From positions 11,718,001 through 11,782,000 of the forward strand of contig CM060733.1 in NCBI GenBank assembly GCA_030704615.1: a stretch of 64,000 nucleotides of DNA, written 5' to 3'. The DNA comes from Takakia lepidozioides (taxonomy: Eukaryota; Plantae; Bryophyta). Position 1 is the stretch's first letter, and each line of letters opens with the position of its first letter. The translations under genes and the position numbers were made by a program. This document shows positions 1 to 9,509 of the stretch, one piece after another. Below the pieces are notes generated by a model. It did not search any database and had not been told where the DNA came from. It saw only the letters and a list, made by a program, of their open reading frames with translations.

Positions 1-1599
1 CTAGTGGTAGTGCTGCTCCGCACATGAATCCCATGCCTCCCATATCTCCTCCCTCAGGAGCAGGAGGTGGACCATCCCGCCTGGGAGCCGGTACCGCCTG
101 AGCTGTAGCCATGGCAGCGAGCCTCTGCTCTAGCTGCTGAAGCCGGTTGGCCATGCCTTGGTCAACACCCTGACCTCCGCGTCCTTGGCCATGTTGAGCT
201 TGCCCTTGGCCTGCACCTCGTGCCCGACCACCTCGTCCTCTCTGGGCTGGTCCACCTCGCCCCCGGCCACCATTGTTCCCTTGGAACTGGCCTGGGCGCA
301 ACTCAGGATGCAAGTCATAACACTGGGCATCTCCATGCCCATACTTGCCACAATGCCCACACTGCAACTGTGCAGGCTGTGCTTGTGCCGGCCTTTTGCC
401 ACTCTCTGGGCAATCTCTCTTGACATGGGGTCCTCCACATGTCCAACATATCACCCCTGGTTGCTGTTGGCCTGCAAAAGATGCCACGGGCCTCTGCACC
501 TGAGGTCCCCTGTAAGCTCCATGGAACTTGGGTTGGGAAACCTTGCCCCCCTGACCACGCTGTTGGGCAGTCCCTTGTGCCTGTGGGCTGGCAGCTGCGC
601 CTCGTGCAGGCATGTCCTTGCCAAATCCAATGGTAACAACTCGCTCCTCCACCATGTTGAGCTCAATCCGCTCAGCCAGCAGAAACACATCTGCTAATGT
701 GGGTTGGGCTGCTTGTAACAGGGTTGCATCCCGCACCCTTCTCCTGAGCTCCTTGTCCAAAATTCCATACCAGAACTGGATTGCCTGAGCTTCAGTAACC
801 CCTTGGGTCACACTTATCAAGCGCCTCATACGAGTGTAGGCCTCTCGCAAGCTCTCACTGGGTTTGCGCTGGAAGTCTTGCAAACTTCGCAGCTTCTCTG
901 TCCGTACACCTTGGTAGTTCCTCCGCAACTCCTGGAAGAACTCCACCACCGGGTTGAATCTAGGCACATGTGTTGTAGTCGTGGCAGGAGGAGTAGTAGC
1001 ACCTTTTGAACTGGTACCACCTGCAGAAGTACCGGCACTACTTGTTCCACTACTAGTGCTGGCAGTGGGAGATATTGGTACTGATGCAGCTACTGGTCGC
1101 GTCGTGCCTCGAGTAATGGAGACGTAGTCAGGTGACCAATACATCCTCCACTCCTCAATCTCTGCTTCATGTCCTCGCCTGAACTCGTGGTAATCGTCCA
1201 TAGGCGGGCCTTCCAAATGCTGGAACAGTCCCTTCCACGCCATGAATGGGGTGAATAGCTGTGGATTGCGCATCTGCTGCAAATCACACCAGCTGTCGAA
1301 CTCCTGGATAAAGTCATCCAACTCGATTGTGCCCACAGCTCCAGAGTACCTACGAGGCCCCTTGGTAGCTCCATACATCTCCTCCATGTCGTCCCACAAC
1401 AATGGCGAATGAAACTGCACACCTGTTGATGAAGCCTCCGAGTCTGTGTCTGACTCTGCACTAGTTGAGGGTGGAGGTGAAGGTGGTCTGAACGAACACC
1501 TCGTCTGTGAACCCACTCTCACTGTTACTGCCTGTAGCCGTACTCCCCTCAAACCCTGGGTAACTCCGTAATGACACTCACAATGTGCACCTCCCCCAC
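1..1599 (-). pseudogene. gag: gag of copy A, with small indels near its 5' end relative to copy B; runs off the window
   Basis: Near-identical to 15211-16813; indels around 1490-1560. Confidence 0.8.
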
Positions 1600-2127
1600 G
1601 TGACACTATAAGGCTCTAGTACTAATTCTAATAGTGACACGGGTAGGCACGGGTGGGCACCTGTTGCAGTAAGGGTCATATCCCAGTGGCTCAGGGCACC
1701 TGCACCTGCATCCACCGCAAGAACTCCTATGGTTGGCTGGTCATCAACCCAGTCTCACCATAGAAGAAACACTGGTGGTCTTGCTGGTCATCACTCCAGC
1801 CTCACCACCGACAACATACTCTAGGATTGACCGGTGATCAAATCCGGCCTAATCCCTATGAAAGCAAGCGCCCACACAAAACCAACATGGCGCACAGTCA
1901 AGCATGCAGGTGTTGGGGGGGATCCAAACACAAGAAATCAAAACATCAACACCCCCACACCAAAATCCAGCTACAATGCTGATCCTGCAGAATATCCCAG
2001 CCCAAAACCCCGGACTGACTGGCCTCCATGAAGAGAGGCTTTGGCAACTACGAGTACAAGGTAATGAAAATAGTACAGAGATGGAGGGAAAGAATAGAAG
2101 CCCGCCCAAGCAAGATCTAATCCTGAT

Positions 2128-2663
2128 TTATGCTATCAACTGCCAGACTTCTCTCAAAGTGCCTCGCTCTGCATGATGGTAAGGTGTAGAAGGTATATCT
2201 ATGTCCAGAAACCTGCCACTAACCTTGTCCCAAGCTACAGTAGCTCGCTCTAACCAACCCTCCTCCTCTTTCTGCCAGGTAGAGACAAAGCAATACTCCC
2301 CTATCTCCCGCTCACTGAACACTAAAGAAAACAAAGGTAGGGTCTGATAGTCTCTCAACTCGAAAGCTTTGAGACGGTTGCGGGTGTCCTCATCGCGAAT
2401 GACTGCATCTCCTTCAAGCAAAACAAACTTGTCATTGCTAATGAACCCCCGCTCGTGGTTGCCTTGTGCAGAGCGTATCCGGCTGCAACCATGTCTGATT
2501 GCACAAACTTGTGCAGCTCCTGCTCCTCTGCTCCAGTACACCACGGCCTTGTGGCTGAACACCTTGGTCCCTGGGGCTGTCTTTGGCTGTGTTCCAAGCC
2601 TAGCTTTCACCCACTTTGGTATTTCACTTACAGCTGCAGAACTGCTGGCTCCAACAGAGTTCT
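2128..2663 (-). pseudogene. Accessory ORF of copy A, N-terminally truncated by a deletion
   Basis: About 13 aa differences over 160 aa versus the C-terminal part of ORF 17334-18083. Copy A lacks ~17870-18175 (3-bp TCT microhomology at the junction). Confidence 0.75.
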
Positions 2664-4774
2664 AAAAATTCCATAGATTTTTAGCAGAGTCCCAAAAACA
2701 AAAACCAGGTCTAGATAGGTAGATTTCCCCTTTCTGCAGCTATCCCCTCAAAAACTGGGTCAAACGGAGCTCATTTAACAAAGATATGACCAACCAGGCT
2801 CTTTAAACATAACACATGTTTTTTTGTTTTTTTTTAACAAGACAAAACAAATACAAGGAAAACTCTTTTTCTTTTTTTTTTCTTTTTTTTTTAATACTTG
2901 TCTTGGTTCCCTGTTCCCTGGTTCCCTAAGAATTCCTTAGATTCTTAACTCAATCTCTCCACAGTGGAATTACCATGATAAAGGTAATGTCCTCATTGGT
3001 ATGCCAGATTTTCAGAATGAGAACACCTTGTTGAAGCTGCTGCTATCAATGCCATCTTATCGTTGTTGTATGAGAGCCCATGTCTAGTGCCCTGTCAGAG
3101 TGACCACAACCAGGATGGCTTTCCGCAACCATTCATGTACTGGGCAAATACATATCAACCACAACAATAAGACCATCACGTTCAATTTGTGATTTCCAAG
3201 GTGGTGCTAATACCTTCATCGACCATTGGCATATACCCCAAGAGCAGCCTGAAGATCGCCATAGCAGAGAGGGTTACAGTATACGCTGGTGCTGTAAACG
3301 CTCAAGCTCTCCAGGACCTCAAACACCACTCTAAACTGGGGTGGTTATTACATCCCCGTGACCAGGGACATGCACAGAACCAAGGCGATGGGATGAAGTT
3401 GCCCCATCTTGAGAACTGATAGCGGGCTTCCAACTAAACGCAAAATCAAAAGGGAGAAGCTCGGCCTGGTGTACCACTTCAAGGACCAAGTGATATAATT
3501 GGACCTGCACCTGCTGGTGGCCGAAATGCCAAATGTACTACAATGTTTTTTTCCTTTTTGTCTCACAATTTCTAACTGCAACTCCGGATCAAAGCACCGC
3601 TGGTCATGTATGTAGAGCCTCACCTGGTCTTCCTTCACTAGGCTGCAATGTTAATATATGAGATCACCCCGTCTCACAAACATTAATGCCGCCACTGTCG
3701 CCTAGACCTGATGCAAGATCTGATCGCAAAGCAGGCTACGCGGCTGGTCCTTCCCTGTGTACATCTATCTCAAGTCACACACGCCGCATCTCATGCTTCT
3801 ACTGCTGATCAGCTTTTCCTTGCTGGACAGCAGCTTACGCACTTGCTAGAAAATCTAGCCTGACCCTGTCCATCCATTTGCTAAGATAAGAAAGCTTGCT
3901 TCCTCGCAATGTGCAGCTAGACAACCTCACATCAACCAGCCCACAACTACTCCTTCATAGTGGCTGGCTATAGTCCAATTTGACAGTGTACTTGAAAAAC
4001 GGGCTGTGTTTCTTGTCTTTCCACACCCAGTCCCCGGAATCAAATTGGCGAAGGTAATTGGCGCCTGAAGGAACCAATGCAGGAAGGGGTTGGTGTGTAG
4101 GCCGTTCACGAGAGAAGGGTTCACGTGGCCTGTTGCTAAGCAGAAAACCCTGATAGCATAGTATGGATTTTCCGGAATGTCAGCAAAGATTGGCCCGAAA
4201 AGGGAACCTGAGGGCCTGACCTTGAACTTCCAACCCTGCAGCAAATGGCCATTGCGAGAGATAGCAAACAATGCAGACTTGCTGCCCTGCAAATCCGAAC
4301 TAACCCAAGCCGGGAGAGACCTAATATTTCATGGAAAGGAAGCCAGTCCCACTCATGCTGGCGGAATATCGCTGGTCACCAAATCCCAGCCAGCGTTTTA
4401 CCTTCGGTGGAACAATCCAACTCACAAAGAATAGGCAGAGCAGAGTAGAGGAGAGGCTAGAGCAGAGGCTGATAGGTGGCAGACCTCCTAGCTCTCCAGC
4501 AGCCCGCCGTAGGTTGAACCTTCCACCCTGAGCCTAGCATGCTTGAAGAAGGCGGGAATCTTCCAGCTCACTCCTTCTTCCTAGCCTCTACCAGCACCAG
4601 CGCAGGTGTAAAACGGCTGTTAAGTAATGCTCAGCAGCCACCTGCAGTTGAGATAACATCAACTGCACCTTCTCCAATTGGGTTTACCAGCAACCTCATT
4701 TCCATTCGGCTGTGGCTCGACCTACTGTCGACTGCGAAAGACCATCGGATGCGCTGCAACACTACATCCCGAGC

Positions 4775-4882
4775 TTAGTCGAAAAGACTGAAACCCATGT
4801 CATCATTAGACTCCTCCTTCGCTTCCTCCTTTTCTCCGGCAGGTGCAGCAGCAGCACCTCCACCAGAGGAAGCCACCACAAC
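4775..4882 (-). pseudogene. Captured fragment of a 60S acidic ribosomal P-stalk protein (P1/P2-type C-terminus)
   Basis: Manual translation of a frame not in the ORF track: VVVASSGGGAAAAPAGEKEEAKEESNDDMGFSLFD*, matching the conserved EESDDDMGFSLFD tail. Confidence 0.9.
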
Positions 4883-5819
4883 CAGGGATGACGCCACCCC
4901 AAACTGTTTGCACTTCGTGATCCAGCCACTCCCGACTGTTTTGGGTCCGAATCCAAAAGTTTACACGAGTCTCGTCTCCCTCCGTCCTAGTGAAAGAGAG
5001 TAAGGAAGCCAACTATCAAAGTCTTCAACCTCCACACCTCTTGGTTTTCAAACTCACGAGTAGAGACGACAACTAAATCTGCGCGCACAGCCCATGGAAA
5101 CAGCAGGGCCAGATGGACTCCCGCCCCAAGATATATATTATAATAATGCTAAAACAAACATTGTATCTAGCTTAGCACTAGCACACTAGATAACGCTCAT
5201 CTCTCTCGAGTGATAAACAAGCTAAAAAGGACACACACTCTCAACACAAGAAATATAAAATCCATCGCTATCACTCTTTAAAATAGAAGTCGAGCCAGGG
5301 GCGCCCCACGCTATGGGGACTCCACCCCACAACAACCTACACTCCCATCATAAGCACACTCAGATCTAAACGCATGAAGGAGCTCGGTCGCGCAGGCTCA
5401 ACTCGAGAGAGATGAGCTGCGCGACTGTCGCTCTCGTGAAGATAAGGCGGTTCAGGTGTCAAACTAAACTTGACACCTGATTTAACACTTGACCTAAATC
5501 CAAGTGTTAAATACAAATAACTAGCTTTATTCTAGTTTTTTTCACACTGTGCTTATTTAACTTGACACCCTGTTTTTAAAGATGGCAGCCTGATAAGGCA
5601 ATGACAGGCCTCTTTCATACCTGGATTTGGTGTGGAATGGAGCATAATGAGGTTTTATTTGCAAAACCTGGCACAAAGCCTCTTGGAAAACAGTGTTGGT
5701 AAGCTCTACTGGACCTTGGCCAGTGATTATTTGCCTTATTTTGCCATCAGACCAGCCACCTGCAATGTATGATTGTTTTTTTGGCCAAGTAGGCTTGGTC
5801 TCGGGCACTCAAAGTGTAT

Positions 5820-6460
5820 GTGTGTCCATATCTTGAGACTGTAACATGGCAAGCCTTTCTTCCATGCCAAGATGCCTTACATGATGCATGTCTTGGGGCA
5901 ACTGTACATGGTGTAGAATGAAGTTGCACTCTGTCTTGTCATGCCCAAGTGGGTCACTTGGTTGCATGTTTGGAGTCTGATAAACTGCAGGCTGGTCCAT
6001 CAAGATGCTTGTGTACACATGTCTTGAATCTATACAATGACAGGCTGTTCTTACCTACCCAAGAGGCCTTGCATGATGCATGTCTTGGGGTACTTACAAA
6101 TGGCAAAGAACAAAGCTGCAATATGTTTTGTCATGCCCAAAAAGATTACTAGGTTGCGTGTTTGAAATCTGGTAAATTGCAGGCTGGTCCTTCAAGCTGC
6201 TTGTATAGACATACCCTGAATCTATTATAGGGCAGGCTGTTCTTACCTACCCATGGAGCCTTGCATGGTGCATGTCTTGGGTCACTTCAAGGTACCTGTG
6301 TATACATATCTTGGATTTGTCATGTGGCAAGTAGTTCTTACATGCCCATGATATGTTGCATGATGCATATCTTGTGGATAATTATGGATGATATAATCTA
6401 AGGCTGCAATTTGACTTGTATTGTGCAAGAGGGTCACTTGGGTACATGTCAGGAATCTGA
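5820..6460. repeat. Diverged tandem repeat, ~190-bp period
   Basis: TGATGCATGTCTTGGG-like block at ~5882, 6075, 6265, 6361; CAGGCTGTTCTTACCTACCC at ~6041 and ~6233. Confidence 0.7.
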
Positions 6461-6700
6461 ACATGAATAAACCCTGCCCTCCCACCCTGTTTTATCATGA
6501 CTGAATGGGTGTCGTCACTTGGTATGCTATGACAAGACTGGAAGTGTTAGATGGTGCCCTGTCATGGGCTGTTTATGTCTTTAATTGACAATGACCCTAG
6601 TGGGTCTTGTCCATGTCTTGACATGACATGAATATCTTCCCTCTCCCTCTCTCTTTTTAACTTTTTCTGCAGAGGGGTCAACTCTGAGGTTAAGAAAACC

Positions 6701-6760
6701 ATGCTTTGTCGCATTATTAGACCTGCCTTGGAGTACGGATCTGCAATATGGGTTGATAAA
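6701..6760 (+). mobile_element. Tiny non-LTR (LINE) ORF2 remnant
   Basis: IIRPALEYGSAIW resembles the post-RT IRPxLEYxxxVW motif of LINEs; nothing else recognisable. Confidence 0.35.
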
Positions 6761-7247
6761 TCTGACTTAGAGGCTGTAGTGTCCAAAGCCATGTCTGTTG
6801 CTATGAGATTGTCTGATGAAAATGAAGTTAGGCAGAAAACTTCCCTGAACTTGTTTCCAGTCAGTGACATGGGGGAGGACATCTTGGATGACCTCAAGGG
6901 TCTACCCACTCTCGGCCCTTGATAGATTTGAAGAGAGCGTCTCTTTGGTGAGAGAACCCCGGATAGTGTATCAGAAAACGAGTACTGTCTTCAGATTGCC
7001 CACACAATGGGCAATTGCACTCTCCCTTTCCTCTCTGCTTCTGTTTGATGTTCAAAGGTAGGTTTCCTGCAGACACACCCCCCCCCCCCCCCCCCCCTCC
7101 CCCTCCCTCCATCCCTCCATCCCCCCGTCCCTCCCCAAGCATCACACATCACATCAAATAACCACCCCATGTAGCTGCACTGATTGCCCTCCTGAAATAA
7201 AGAAAGGAAAAAAAACATCCAGAAAAATCGAGAAACCCAAGCCCTCC

Positions 7248-9164
7248 TTAGGCCTCTCTTAGTCTCCTCAGCACTTGGCATGCATCCTTCAGGCTCCCGC
7301 ATTTAGCATACATGTTCACTAAGGTATTCTCCAAATTAATATATGACCCAGTTCCAGTTTTGATAATGTCAGCATGAACCCTTTTGCCCTTTTCCAGGGC
7401 ACATGCATTGAGAATGCAAATGAAGGTGACCAAATCAGGGGTCACCCTTGCCTGTAGCATTTGCTCATAGATCTCAAAAGCTTCCTTACCAAACCCATGC
7501 TGAGCATATCTTGCAATCATCGCACTCCATAACAAATCCCATCTTCAAAGTGGTGAAAGCGGTTGGCGTCCCATACAAAAAATTGCTCGGCCAGCAATCT
7601 TTGAGATGAATTTGGTGGAGGTGTGGCAGTCACCACACACTCGAAGATTCTTGATGAGACGGAGAGGCGTCCTAGGGGTCGTGCTGATCAGCCCAAAACC
7701 ATTGGCCAGCTTCTCACTGTGGTGGCAAGGAGAAACTCCTTTTCCTCCTCCCCCATTTCGCAATACAAAGCGCGTGTCAGGCACATACCCCGCCTCCTTC
7801 ATCTGCCCAGACAATCTTCTCAGCTCAGCATGGATTTCCTTAATTCTGGGATGCAACTTGTCATCTACAATGAAGGTGTGCACCTTGTTGCCAACCTCAA
7901 TGCAGCAGCGACCTGGCTCCTGGCTCCTTTCTAACCCCTTCTGACCTTGATCATTCTTCTCACCTTTGCAGTATCATCCCACCTGCCAACTGCGGCATAG
8001 ATGTTTGATAGCAACACATAAGTCGCGCCATCCTGTTCATCCCGCTAGAGGATAGATGTTGCCGCACGTTCAGCAATCTCCACATTGCCATGGATTTTGC
8101 AGGCACCAAGCAAGGCCTTCCACACCACAACATCTGGATTTCAGTAGGCCAGTGTGGCTGCATACAGTGAGAACACATATAAAGGTGATATTGTCCGGCT
8201 TCAAGCCTTTCTTTTGCAGTCCTTCAAATAGTTGTAGGACCTCTCTATGACAACCATGCTGGGCATATCCTGCAATCATTGCATTCCACGACACCACATT
8301 TCATTTAGCCATATTGTCAAATACTCACTTTGCATCCTCACTGCACCCACATTTCACATACATGTCCACCAGGGCAGCGTCCAGAATGACATTTGGTACA
8401 ATTCCAGCTTTGATGATGTCACCATGGCGCACCTCTTTGCTGGAACGCCACGAAATGCCATGCATCCATGCCTCCATGGAACGCCATGCTCTGCCAGGCT
8501 TGCAAACGCACACAAACATGATGTGGTCGGGCTTCACCCCTTCCCCCAGGCCTCCATCCCGCGCTCTTGCTATGCATATCCTGCAAGCATGGCGTTCCCA
8601 AATCTCATTCAGCCATATTGTTGAACACTCCCTCCACATCCTCAATGCTCCCACATTTGGCATACATGTCTACGAGGGTATTGTTCATAATCACATCTGG
8701 TAGAATTCCAGCTTTGGCGATGCAACCATGCACCTCTTTGCCCTTTTCCAGGGCTGCCAGGCTTGCACACGCAGTGCAAACGCACACAAACGTGATGTGG
8801 TTGGGCTTCACCCCTTCGCACATCATTCCAAGGCCTCCATCCCGCACCCTGCTGTGCATAGCCTGCAAGCATTGAGGTCCATGACACCACATCTCATTCA
8901 GCCATAGTCTTGAAAACTCCCTTCGCATCCTTAATGCACCCACATTTGGCATACATGTCCACCAGGGCAGTGTTCAGGATGACATCTAGTACAATTCTAG
9001 CTTTGACGATGTCGCCATGGACCTCTTTCCCTTTTTCCAGAGCTGCCAGGCTTGCACACACACTGCAAACACAAACAAATGTGATGTGGTTGGGCTTCAC
9101 CCCTTCGCACATCATTTGCTTATAGGTCTGCAAAGCCTCCATCCCGCACCCTTGATGTGCATAT
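7248..9164 (-). pseudogene. PLS-class PPR-E-DYW RNA-editing factor pseudogene, 3' part
   Basis: Frameshifted PLS repeats (WNAMIAGYAQHG, GVKPNHITFVCV, ALVDMYAKCG); E motifs; PG box (EPGRCCIEVGNKVHTF); DYW domain with HSEKLA, KNLRVCGDCH and RFHHFEDG at ~7536-7930. Confidence 0.9.
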
Positions 9165-9509
9165 TGTCGTGCGCATACATATCGCTACACAACTACATCG
9201 CTGTCCAAACCACACCACACATATATGCACAATAAAGTAGTCTACCCCAATCGCCCCCCTAGCTGGTGGATAGGTCCCTCTACCTCCAGATAGCTACAAG
9301 ATGTAATAGCCACAGCCGTACTAAGTCCTCTATCACTGTCCCTATTGTACTCAAACTCTATAGACCAAGAGGCCGGGTACAAGAGTAGCCCCATCGTTAG
9401 TCGCCATCTTGCAATCTGTGAACTTGAGCCAGGACCTCGTGTGTTCAAGGTCTCCTAGTAGCTGGGCCTTGCGTTTCTTGTTAGCCTTCCATGGTTGTAT
9501 CCACTCCCA

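Larger units (their letters stand above)
1..5567 (-). mobile_element. DNMT-bearing Ty3/Gypsy-type element, copy A (5' part; continues beyond the window start)
   Basis: 1-~2790 aligns closely with 15211-~18305 (gag, spacer, accessory ORF; ~305-bp deletion in A). ~5195-5567 aligns with ~20625-20987 and both end in ...TTTAACTTGACA. Confidence 0.9.

Noticed and set aside
9241-9260. Purine-rich tract (minus strand) as a PPT defining a short 3' LTR
   Set aside because: The ~76 bp beyond it has no counterpart at the 5' end, so it does not define an LTR; a priming role cannot be excluded.
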